DNA of 64,000 bases from an uncultured Thermodesulfobacteriota bacterium (GTDB taxonomy: Bacteria > Desulfobacterota > S145-22), in assembly GCA_964577975.1 (NCBI GenBank), contig CAZOBB010000199.1, positions 7,325 through 71,324 of the forward strand. The letters are read 5' to 3'. Shown here in pieces: positions 28,836 through 37,821 of this stretch. The notes under the pieces are model-generated. The model saw only the letters and a program-made list of their open reading frames with translations, was not told the origin of the DNA and ran no database searches. How positions within the stretch are numbered: the stretch's first letter is position 1; the number at the start of each line of letters is the position of its first letter. The position numbers and the translations under genes are program-made.

Positions 28836-30541
28836 TCAAGACTCTGATTTAAACACAAAACTTGCCATCTTTCCTTTGCCAATAATAATTACATCCCCAG
28901 GTTTCAATATCTCCGATTTGATCTGATGGCCCATGGTATTCAAAAATGTTCCATTCGCCGAGGCTAGATCCTTCACTACCACATTTCCCCCTTCCTCTCC
29001 AACCCACGCATGCTCTCGTGATACGTGAGGATTATCAATCACAATATCACACTTCGCCGGATCGCGCCCTATCTTCAAACCTTCTTTTGAAATCTCGAAT
29101 ACTTTTCCCTCATAAGGCCCATCTTTTCCCACCAAGACTCCTAACGAAGAGGATGGCTCCGCCTTTTCAATCATGGTCACTTCTTCCATGGCGGCAGGCG
29201 CCGGCGCTTCTTGGACAACAGCTGTCCCCTTCTTGCTTCCACCTTTGGCCATCACAATGATGATTATCAAGACGACGACGACACCAACCCCGATGCCTAC
29301 ATAAAGGGCAATCTTCTTCCATGAAACAGGACACTCTCCCCGTGTGATCTTTTCCTGTGTGAGACGTTGAAGCTTGAGAACATCCGGCTGCCCCGGCATG
29401 AGTTTAAGAACGGCATCACAGTGTTTCATGACGAGGTCACACTCCTGTTTCGCATACGCCTCCAATGCTTCCGCCCATATCTTGTTGAAAAGGCTTTCTT
29501 CATTGGTCTTGATTCCCGCCCTCGCGATAAATTCTTTCACCGTATTGATCGGGACAAGGAAATTGAAACCTTGGATCTGTTGGTACCCTGTAGAAGTCTT
29601 TTCAACACTGGCAAGCGTTGACATCCCCACAACACGACCCAGGGCATCAAAGGCAGGTCCCCCACTGTTCCCATGGGCTATCGGCGTATCCGTCTGAATG
29701 AGGGAAGCACCCGTCGCCGTCAATTTCTTCCCAGAGATGTGACCTACCGTAACCGTACAATCGAGGATATTTTCCAAACTCTTCTGCAGCATGAGATGGG
29801 AAATCACAACCCCCGGATATCCCGCCGCATAGACCACCTCTCCCAACTGGACGGAACTTGAATCTCCAAGAACAACCGTTGGCAAATCCTTCGCCTCGAT
29901 TTTGACTATCGCAATATCTTTTCCTGTCTCCGATTCATAGTGAAATCCAGGAATATCCATTTTCCCTGGATATGGACCCATGGGAGGGCTGTAGTCTTTG
30001 ACTTCCGCTGGATATTTCTTTTTGTTCGACAAAAAAACCACCAGATCTTTCTTAATCCTCACAATCGACTTGGGTTTCAAAATATTGTAAAGCTCCCCGA
30101 CGGCTTTTCGGATGCTACCAGGATCATTTGAAATCTTTCCAGCCTGCAACAACTTGGGAATGAAATGTTTCTGAATCACTTGGAGAAGAAACATCTTCTC
30201 CAACTGTTTATCATTTTTTTCGTGATAAAACTGAACCACATGGCCATTGGTACAAATATATCCATTGGGATTAATAATAAATCCTGACCCCGTCGAAAGC
30301 CTTCCCACATCCGTAAACGATTTCACGCCACTTTTCGTATTGATCTGCACGACGCCGCTCACTTGTGAAAGGATGAATACCACCGCAGGCTTGACACGAA
30401 GCAGCATCATTTGGGCCTTTCCCTCTACAGCAAAAGACGGGCGGGTCCCCAACGTCAAGCCACCGATCAAAAAACACATGACGAAGGCGAACCCACCAAT
30501 CTTCTTCCGAAACGCCACCCATTTCATGGAAAAGTCCATCT
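28836..30541 (-). CDS. Trypsin-like (S1/HtrA-like) serine protease fused through a TM helix to a C-terminal cytoplasmic FHA domain
   Basis: N-terminal signal/anchor, then a trypsin-like region (TNGHVV..., DIAIVKI, GNSGGPAFD), then a TM helix (IALYVGIGVGVVVVLIIIIVMA), then an FHA fold (LKIGRDPAKCDIVIDNPHVSREHAWV ... KDLASANGTFLN). The start at 30541 is preceded by GGAGGG. Confidence 0.8.
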
Positions 30542-30602
30542 TTCCCTCCTTTTTGCAACTATGCTCTTTTGAATTCATCCTCTGACAAAAATCCTTACCA
30601 TT

Positions 30603-30625
30603 ATATATTCATACATATTCATACA
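30603..30625. repeat. Tandem direct repeat (attcatacat x2) in the divergent promoter region
   Basis: The plus strand reads tatattcatacatattcatacatttt. The region lies between the divergently transcribed protease-FHA and mltD genes. Confidence 0.6.
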
Positions 30626-30735
30626 TTTTACCCCCTTTTTTGTCAATAAATGAGAGCACACTGCACCGTTTGGAGATTTCACCCTCCCCTTATGATCTTA
30701 TTGACTTCAAATCTTTTTTTCGGTAATGGAGGGAT

Positions 30736-32343
30736 ATGCGTTATACATACTCGTGGAACAAAAGAAGAGGAGGGATATTCCCTCTTTTCATCCTTATTTT
30801 CCTCTTATTATGGTTGGTGAGTTGTAGCTCCCTCCAAAAGAAATCCCAGCCAGCCACTGCCCTTACTTCAACGACACCTATAAAAACAGCCTCACTTGAC
30901 ATCATTGAAAAAGGGAAAAAAGAAGAAAAAAAGAAAGAAGAAGCCACAGCCCAGGGAAGAACCACAATGTTTCATTCTTCTGATTCTGCGGCAAAAGAAA
31001 AAGATACCTCCCAAGAAGCCCTTCCTGCCTCCCCCCAATCCTACCAGAAACTAACTTCCACCCCCCAGAAGGAAAAACCCCTTTTTGACATCCCCATCGT
31101 CATGAATCCGCTAGTGGAAAACTTCATTAAATATTATCAAACCACGGGGAGGAAGCAGTTTTCTATTTGGCTTGCCCGGTCGGAACGTTACATTCCCATG
31201 ATGAGAAAAGTTCTGAAAGAGCATGGTCTTCCCACGGACCTCGTATACCTTGCAATGATAGAAAGTGGATTCAATCCCATGGCCTATTCCCGTTCCCGCG
31301 CATCTGGTCCCTGGCAATTCATTTCGGGAACAGGAAGAAAATATGGCCTCAAGGTTAATTACTGGATCGATGAAAGGCGAGATCCAGAAAAGTCAACCGT
31401 CGCAGCAGCCCGATACCTGAAAGATCTTTATGATCAATTCGAATCATGGCATCTTGCAGCAGCCGCCTATAATTGTGGAGAAGGAAAGCTCAACCGGGCA
31501 ATCAAACGTTACAAAACAGAAGACTACTGGCAACTTATCAAACACCACTACCTTAAAAGGGAAACACGCTTCTATGTCCCACAAATGATTGCCGCAGCGC
31601 TTATTGCGAAAGAACCTGAAAAATATGGCTTCACAGACATTCAATACCAGGAACCTCTCAAGTATGAACGAGCCGTGGTGCCTGGAGGAGTAACCCTCCG
31701 GGACATCGCCAAGGCATGTAAATGCCAAGAACAAACCCTTCGGATACTCAATCCAGAACTGATTCGACGCTGTACACCCCCTTACCTCAAACGTTACGAA
31801 GTAAAAATCCCTGAGGGAACGAAACAAATACTCGCCAAGAACATCCACCGACTAAAACCCGTCGTCAAATCAACTCCCAACGGTTGGGTACGAACTCATA
31901 TCGTGAGGCGAGGGGATACCCTTTATGAGCTTTCTTTAAAATACAAAGTGAGGGTGCGTGATATCCGTTACCTCAATCATATCCGAGGCAATCTCTTACG
32001 TATCGGTCAAAGGCTTTTTATCCCGGCAGGTAGGGTAAAGAAAAGAAAGATTGCAAGACGAAGGAGGAAGAGACATTATCATCCTGCGACATCCTCCATC
32101 ATGGCTCACCGTATCATAGAGACTCGAAACGGGAAATTTAAAGAAATCGTTTATGAAGTCAGAAAAGGCGACAATCTATGGCTGATTGCACGACGCTTTA
32201 ATATCCATGTCAAAGATATATGCAAATTAAATCCCCATATCAGCAAACACACACCTCTTCATCCCAAGGACAAGCTCAAGCTCCGCGTCCCAATGGCGAA
32301 ATTCTCTAGTCTCCCTCTCTCGTCCCGTCAAGCGGTTCAGTAA
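30736..32343 (+). CDS. mltD: Membrane-bound lytic murein transglycosylase D-like lipoprotein (SLT domain plus 2 LysM)
   Basis: Lipobox LVSC after the signal peptide, SLT catalytic region (AMIESGFNP ... GPWQF) and two LysM repeats (HIVRRGDTLYELS..., VRKGDNLWLIA...). Confidence 0.85.
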   Translation: MRYTYSWNKRRGGIFPLFILIFLLLWLVSCSSLQKKSQPATALTSTTPIKTASLDIIEKGKKEEKKKEEATAQGRTTMFHSSDSAAKEKDTSQEALPASPQSYQKLTSTPQKEKPLFDIPIVMNPLVENFIKYYQTTGRKQFSIWLARSERYIPMMRKVLKEHGLPTDLVYLAMIESGFNPMAYSRSRASGPWQFISGTGRKYGLKVNYWIDERRDPEKSTVAAARYLKDLYDQFESWHLAAAAYNCGEGKLNRAIKRYKTEDYWQLIKHHYLKRETRFYVPQMIAAALIAKEPEKYGFTDIQYQEPLKYERAVVPGGVTLRDIAKACKCQEQTLRILNPELIRRCTPPYLKRYEVKIPEGTKQILAKNIHRLKPVVKSTPNGWVRTHIVRRGDTLYELSLKYKVRVRDIRYLNHIRGNLLRIGQRLFIPAGRVKKRKIARRRRKRHYHPATSSIMAHRIIETRNGKFKEIVYEVRKGDNLWLIARRFNIHVKDICKLNPHISKHTPLHPKDKLKLRVPMAKFSSLPLSSRQAVQ

Positions 32344-32782
32344 GATCCAGTTCCAAGTTTATCCGACGTCCACGTTTAAAACCCATGGCGTGAAAAAATT
32401 GGAGGAGATCCCAATCATCCCATTTTACCAGCGTATTAATCTTCTCCACCCCATTGAGCCGGAAACTTCGAATCAGTTCCTCTGTTAAAAGCCTTGCGAT
32501 TCCTTTCCGTTGATAGGCAGGATCTACCCCCAACGTCTCGATCATCCCTGTATTGTCCGGAACGCCAAACTCCCATCCACTGACATCTCCCAAGATAAAC
32601 CCTATTACCTTCCCATCAATCTCAGCCACAAGGGAAGCAAGCGGCGGGCGAAACTCGGACACTTCGATCTTCCGTTTCCAATATTCCAGGCGGGATTTCC
32701 CCAAGATTTTACGATCTATTTCGACAATCGCCGGAAGATCCTTACTTGTCAACCCCCGTATCCTGAGCTTTTCCTTTTCCAT
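32306..32782 (-). CDS. GNAT family N-acetyltransferase
   Basis: Acetyl-CoA-binding motif (VDPAYQRKGIARLL). 158 aa. Confidence 0.75.
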   Translation of the reverse strand: MEKEKLRIRGLTSKDLPAIVEIDRKILGKSRLEYWKRKIEVSEFRPPLASLVAEIDGKVIGFILGDVSGWEFGVPDNTGMIETLGVDPAYQRKGIARLLTEELIRSFRLNGVEKINTLVKWDDWDLLQFFHAMGFKRGRRINLELDLTEPLDGTREGD

Positions 32783-32804
32783 CGCCTCACCTCAAACAAT
32801 CCTT

Positions 32805-33692
32805 TTATTCAAGATCAATAGTAATCGTACGACGTTTCCCCCCCCTCTTTACTTCAAGTGTTACTCCTCGCCCTGTTTGCAATGCCGTGAAAAGTCCCAT
32901 CGCTTCCTGCGGAGTCCGAATAGGTTTGCCTCCTACCCGTTCAATGACGTCACCATTTTTCAATCCAACCCGATCAACAATACTGCCTGGAACAATATCC
33001 AGGAGCTGAAAACCCTGAGGTTTTCCTTTTTCCATATACGGAACAATTCTCACTTGCCTAAGAAAAGAAGCCATATCATTCAATGCCGCTTGGACCTCTT
33101 TTTTCTTTAAAACAGCGCGGTTGGAAGATAACCCCGATGGCAAAAAAACGTTTTTTCCTCGGGTTTTACCTTTTGAAGACTTCTTCCCCGGTTTAAAAAG
33201 CTTATAAACCAACTCCTTCCCATTGCTCACGATCACCACCGTTTCTGGTTGAATATCCGTGATGCGAATTCTCCCTAAACTCTCACCTTTTCTAACCACG
33301 AACGTCTTTTTCGCCGTCCCATCAAAAAAAACCGCTTCAAAGGTTCCATCGGGATAACGAACAATCCCCTTTAACGAAAGCGTATTAGCCGTAATCGCGA
33401 CAGGAACATGCCTATTGGTGCTCGCTGGAGGAATCTCCCCTTTTCCTCCTTTTCCCCATAAAGAAAGCCGTGCCAGCCGCTCCCCGTTTACAGTTTTCTG
33501 CCTCAAGGTATTTTCCAAGGCTCGTGTCGAAACCCGCTGCTTTAAATTTTCCAGGGCTTTCTGCGTCAACCAGAACTCCATGCGTCCTGACAAGTAGATC
33601 GCCCCCCCCACACTCACCATCGCCCCTCCCACGATCACCCATAGATATGGATTGTATAAAAAAATTAGGAGCTTCTTTCCAATCAGCTTCAT
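32805..33692 (-). CDS. PDZ-domain membrane protein (GspC/PilP-like architecture)
   Basis: N-terminal TM helix, a central beta-rich region and a C-terminal PDZ fold (LDIVPGSIVDRVGLKNGDVIERVGGKPIRTPQEAMGLF). Confidence 0.5.
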   Translation of the reverse strand: MKLIGKKLLIFLYNPYLWVIVGGAMVSVGGAIYLSGRMEFWLTQKALENLKQRVSTRALENTLRQKTVNGERLARLSLWGKGGKGEIPPASTNRHVPVAITANTLSLKGIVRYPDGTFEAVFFDGTAKKTFVVRKGESLGRIRITDIQPETVVIVSNGKELVYKLFKPGKKSSKGKTRGKNVFLPSGLSSNRAVLKKKEVQAALNDMASFLRQVRIVPYMEKGKPQGFQLLDIVPGSIVDRVGLKNGDVIERVGGKPIRTPQEAMGLFTALQTGRGVTLEVKRGGKRRTITIDLE

Positions 33693-35521
33693 TCGACCGT
33701 TACACTCTTCGCCAGGTTCCTTGGCTGATCCACGTCGGTGCCCAGCAAGTCTGCCACATGGTAGGCCAGAAGCTGAAGAGGAACCACGGTGAGAATAGGT
33801 TCCAAGATGGGTATGACGGAAGGAATCTCAATAGCATAGGTGCTCTTGTCAAGGACTTCCCGAGTCCCCCGCGTGGCAACACTGATAACTTGGCCATCCC
33901 TGGCCAAGACCTCCTCCATGTTACCCAGGACCTTGGGCATGAGGCGGTCAGAGGGGACCACGAACACCACCGGCATCCGAGGACTGATAAGGGCGATAGG
34001 CCCGTGTTTCATTTCCCCGGCGGGGTATCCTTCTGCATGAATGTAGGAAATCTCTTTGAGTTTCAGGGCACCTTCTAGGGCGATAGGATAGTTGAGTCCT
34101 CGCCCCAGATAGAGGAAATCTTTGTAATCTTTTAATTTTCTAGCGATCTTCTTGATGGAATCCTCTTCCTTGAGGATCTCCTGCATCAGGGAAGGCACCT
34201 CGGTGAGAGCCTGGAAGAGGCGGCTCGTTTCCTCTCTGGGAAGCTTGCCGGTAATATCGCATCCCAGGTACATGGCGATGAGAAGCAGGGCGGCCAACTG
34301 GGTAGTGAAGGCTTTGGTCGAGGCCACGGCGATCTCTGGTCCCGCATGCGTGTAAGCCACCCCGTCGGAAAGACGCGTTAAACTGCTTTCGAAAACGTTG
34401 CAGACGCTAAGAATCTTGGCCTTCTTCTCTTTGGCGATGCGAACTCCCGCCAGCGTATCGGCCGTTTCCCCGGATTGGGAGATGGCAATAAGCAGTGTCG
34501 AGTCGTCCACCAGGGGATCTCGGTAGCGAAACTCGGAGGCGATGTCCACTTCGGTGGGAATCCCCGCCAGATCCTCGAGATAGTATCGTCCCACCAAAGC
34601 GGCATGCCAGGAGGTTCCGCAGGCGATGATGACAATCTTTTTCATCCGTTTCAGCCACTCGGGGCTGATTTCCATGTTCTCCAGGTTGAAGGTTCCCGCT
34701 TCCAGCGAATAGACGCCCCGGAAGGTATCGATGAGGGCGCGGGGTTGCTCGTGTATCTCCTTGAGCATGAAGTGTTTGAACCCCTCCTTCTCCGCCATGA
34801 GAGGGGACCAGTCGACCGTTTTTTCCGGCTTGTCCAGTTTCTTTCCCGACAGGTCGGTGACGATCACCCCATCCCGGGTCAAGACAGCCATCTCTCCGTC
34901 GTGGAGGAAAATGCAGCGACGGGTAAAAGGAAGTAAGGCAGGGACGTCCGAGGCAAAGAAGGTTTCCCCTTCCCCCAGGCCCACTACCAAGGGACTTTCC
35001 TTGCGCGCCGCATAGAGAACACCGGGATCGAAATCGAAGAGGATCCCCAGGGCGTAAGATCCCCGAACCTGTTTCAGGGCCTCCCGGATCGCCTCCTCCG
35101 GAGAGAGGCCCGCTTCCAGGCCTTGATCTATGAGGTGGGCAATGACCTCCGTATCGGTTTCCGACTGGAAGGTCACACCCTTCCGTCGCAAACTCTCCTT
35201 GAGTTCCCTATAGTTCTCCACAATCCCGTTGTGTACGAGGATGACCCGTCCGGCTCGATGGGGATGGGCGTTGACTTCCGAAGGCCTCCCGTGGGTAGCC
35301 CACCGGATGTGGCCAATACCTGTGGTGCCGTTCATTTCGACGGATCGGAGCTTTTCGGTCAGGCGGCTCAGTTTGCCCTCGGCCCTGTAGGTCTGAACGA
35401 CACCGTTATGGAAGGCTGCGATACCGGACGAATCGTAACCACGGTATTCAAGGCGTTTGAGACCTTCGATCAAGACGGAAAGCACGGGACGACAACCCAC
35501 GTAACCAATGATTCCACACAT
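33689..35521 (-). CDS. glmS: Glutamine--fructose-6-phosphate aminotransferase
   Basis: N-terminal MCGIIGYVG Ntn-amidotransferase motif and two SIS domains. 610 aa. Confidence 0.95.
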   Translation of the reverse strand: MCGIIGYVGCRPVLSVLIEGLKRLEYRGYDSSGIAAFHNGVVQTYRAEGKLSRLTEKLRSVEMNGTTGIGHIRWATHGRPSEVNAHPHRAGRVILVHNGIVENYRELKESLRRKGVTFQSETDTEVIAHLIDQGLEAGLSPEEAIREALKQVRGSYALGILFDFDPGVLYAARKESPLVVGLGEGETFFASDVPALLPFTRRCIFLHDGEMAVLTRDGVIVTDLSGKKLDKPEKTVDWSPLMAEKEGFKHFMLKEIHEQPRALIDTFRGVYSLEAGTFNLENMEISPEWLKRMKKIVIIACGTSWHAALVGRYYLEDLAGIPTEVDIASEFRYRDPLVDDSTLLIAISQSGETADTLAGVRIAKEKKAKILSVCNVFESSLTRLSDGVAYTHAGPEIAVASTKAFTTQLAALLLIAMYLGCDITGKLPREETSRLFQALTEVPSLMQEILKEEDSIKKIARKLKDYKDFLYLGRGLNYPIALEGALKLKEISYIHAEGYPAGEMKHGPIALISPRMPVVFVVPSDRLMPKVLGNMEEVLARDGQVISVATRGTREVLDKSTYAIEIPSVIPILEPILTVVPLQLLAYHVADLLGTDVDQPRNLAKSVTVE

Positions 35522-35524
35522 CCT

Positions 35525-36895
35525 TTACGAATCCTTTTTATGCTTTTTGCGGCGATAGATGTTTTGCTGCCGAGCCCGGGCGACTCCCAAGGTATGAGAC
35601 GGTACCGGCTTGGTAATAACGGAACCGGCCCCGATGGTGGCCCCGTCTCCGACTGTAACAGGTGCCACGAGGGCCGTATTGCTACCCACGAAGACATTTT
35701 TCCCGATGGTGGTTTGGTGCTTTCGTTTTCCATCGTAATTGCAAGTGATAGTGCCCGCTCCGATGTTGGTCGCCTCTCCGACAATAGCGTCTCCCAAATA
35801 GGTGAGATGAGAAGCTTTGACACCCGGAGCGAGACGGGATTTTTTGACCTCCACGAAATTGCCCACCTTAGCCTCCCGTCCTATTTCACTCTCCGGCCGC
35901 AAATGAGCGAAAGGACCGATAACGGCCTTGGCATCGATAACGCTCTTTTCAATGACACTGTAGGGCTTGACGGTTACGCCTTCGCAAAGGGTCGAATCCT
36001 CGATGACGGCACCCTGTCCGATGCGGCAGCCTTCCCCAATCTCCGTGGCGCCCCGGAGGAATACCCCCGGCTCGATGACCGTATCCCGCCCGATCTTCAC
36101 GGTGGTTTCGAGATAGACCGTTTCCGGATTGACAAAAGTAACCCCCTCGGTCTGCCACCGGTAAATCAGCCGCCCCAAAAGGCGTTTCTGAACCAGCCAG
36201 AGCTGATGACGGTCGTTGATGCCAGCGGTTTCCCCGGGATCCTCGCAGGTTTTGAAAGCCACCCGGAGGTTCCTTTCTCGAAAGATTTCCACCAGATCCG
36301 TAAGATAGAATTCTTCCTGGGCATTGTCCGTGCCGATCTTATCCAGTGCTTCCCGGAGAGCCATTGTTTCGACCACCATGAAACCGGTATTGACCAGCCT
36401 GATGGCCTTTTCCTTCAAACTTGCATCCCTCTCCTCCACAATGCGGGCCAACGACCCCGCCCCGTCCGTGACGAGTCGGCCATAGCCAGAAGGATCGTCC
36501 ATCTCCGCCCCAAGGACGGTCAAGACGGCCCCGCTGGTCTCGTGGGTCTGAATAAGCTGCCGAAGGGTCTCGGGAGAAATCAGGGGGACATCGCCTGGCA
36601 TAATCAGGGTGACACCATCGGTCTCGGGCAGGACGGACAGCCCCTTTTTAACCGCGTCGGCCGTCCCACGCGGCGGGGCCTGGATGGCTTGTCGAATTCC
36701 CACAAGACCCCATGTCGATATCGACTCGGATACAGCAGGGTTGACCACTACGACGGTGGCATCCGGCGACAAGGACCGAGCCGCATCAATGGCGTAGCGG
36801 AGCATCGGCTTTCCCATGATAGGATGAAGAACCTTGGAAATCCTAGAACGAAACCGCTTCCCCTGGCCGGCGGCTAGGATGATGATCGAAAGCAT
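35525..36895 (-). CDS. glmU: Bifunctional UDP-N-acetylglucosamine pyrophosphorylase / GlcN-1-P acetyltransferase
   Basis: N-terminal nucleotidyltransferase motif (LAAGQGKRF) and C-terminal left-handed beta-helix hexapeptide repeats. 456 aa. Confidence 0.95.
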   Translation of the reverse strand: MLSIIILAAGQGKRFRSRISKVLHPIMGKPMLRYAIDAARSLSPDATVVVVNPAVSESISTWGLVGIRQAIQAPPRGTADAVKKGLSVLPETDGVTLIMPGDVPLISPETLRQLIQTHETSGAVLTVLGAEMDDPSGYGRLVTDGAGSLARIVEERDASLKEKAIRLVNTGFMVVETMALREALDKIGTDNAQEEFYLTDLVEIFRERNLRVAFKTCEDPGETAGINDRHQLWLVQKRLLGRLIYRWQTEGVTFVNPETVYLETTVKIGRDTVIEPGVFLRGATEIGEGCRIGQGAVIEDSTLCEGVTVKPYSVIEKSVIDAKAVIGPFAHLRPESEIGREAKVGNFVEVKKSRLAPGVKASHLTYLGDAIVGEATNIGAGTITCNYDGKRKHQTTIGKNVFVGSNTALVAPVTVGDGATIGAGSVITKPVPSHTLGVARARQQNIYRRKKHKKDS

Positions 36896-37092
36896 CTCCC
36901 TCTCCTTTCTGCATCCCTATATTAAGGGCCTTTACTTGAAAAATCAAGGAACGAGAAGCGATTTTCACTCGTATCCATCCATCATTTCTTCTCAGAAAGA
37001 GACGAAAAACACTACATTAAAATCGAGTTGAACATTCCCACTCCCTATGCTACACCTTCGGATAGAAACAATCAAACCATAGGGGTAAAGCG

Positions 37093-37599
37093 ATGGCGCC
37101 AAATAGGGAAAAACCCGTAGCGGTAGCTTCTCTCAATTCCAGATTTAAGTTTGAATTGGCCAGTCGGCCAGGTGCCGAAGGGCTTCTTCACTGCTATAGT
37201 TGTGGCACTTGTACTGCCAGTTGTCCTGTCAGTGAAATCGATCCCAATTATGCCCCCAGCAAATTAATTCGCTTGATCCTCTGGGGAATGAAGGAAGAAG
37301 TTCTCTCCTCTTCCCTCATCTGGATGTGTGCCCTTTGTTATAATTGCTCATTCAATTGTCCCCAAGACGTCCGGTTTGCCGACGCCATGCGGGTGATTAG
37401 AGAAATCTCTGTCGAGGAAGGTTTCGCTCCTCCGGAACGACTCCATCTAACAACGGAAATCGACCGGTTTTCCCAAATGCTACGGCATCTTCTTCTCGAC
37501 AGCTTCCTTAAAACCCCGCCACCATCCCCCCTCAACGAGGAGCTTCTCGTTCAACGGGCCCGCCAAATCCTCAAGGAAATGGAACCACCTAAAACGTGA
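37093..37599 (+). CDS. HdrC-like 4Fe-4S ferredoxin (heterodisulfide reductase subunit C family)
   Basis: Two cluster motifs, CYSCGTCTASCP and CALCYNCSFNCP, arranged as in HdrC. No hdrA or hdrB in the window. Confidence 0.6.
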   Translation: MAPNREKPVAVASLNSRFKFELASRPGAEGLLHCYSCGTCTASCPVSEIDPNYAPSKLIRLILWGMKEEVLSSSLIWMCALCYNCSFNCPQDVRFADAMRVIREISVEEGFAPPERLHLTTEIDRFSQMLRHLLLDSFLKTPPPSPLNEELLVQRARQILKEMEPPKT

Positions 37600-37684
37600 C
37601 CTAAAACAGCTTTTCTCCCATCTAACGACATGACCCTCTATATTTCTAAAAACACAAAAACGTCAACCCCCCTTCAAACCCTAT

Positions 37685-37713
37685 TGACAATAAGAACAGC
37701 CTTCTCTAAATTG
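37685..37713 (+). promoter_or_regulatory. Sigma-70-like promoter upstream of the liv operon
   Basis: TTGACA (37685-37690), 17-nt spacer, TAAATT (37708-37713). A nearby inverted repeat gcgacgCTTCGCAcgtcgc and the RBS AAGGAGG precede the livK ATG. Confidence 0.45.
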
Positions 37714-37821
37714 TTGTTTGAAAAAAGCAGAATGCGACGCTTCGCACGTCGCCATCAAAAAGGAGGCAGGGGAAATAGTTAACCCAAATTATATAACCAT
37801 TTTTTACATAAAGGAGGGAGT

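Noticed and set aside
35123-36877. 584-aa plus-strand ORF
   Set aside because: It is antisense to the well-supported glmU/glmS genes. The translation is a low-complexity Gly/Arg/Pro-rich product typical of the reverse frame of coding DNA. No motifs.
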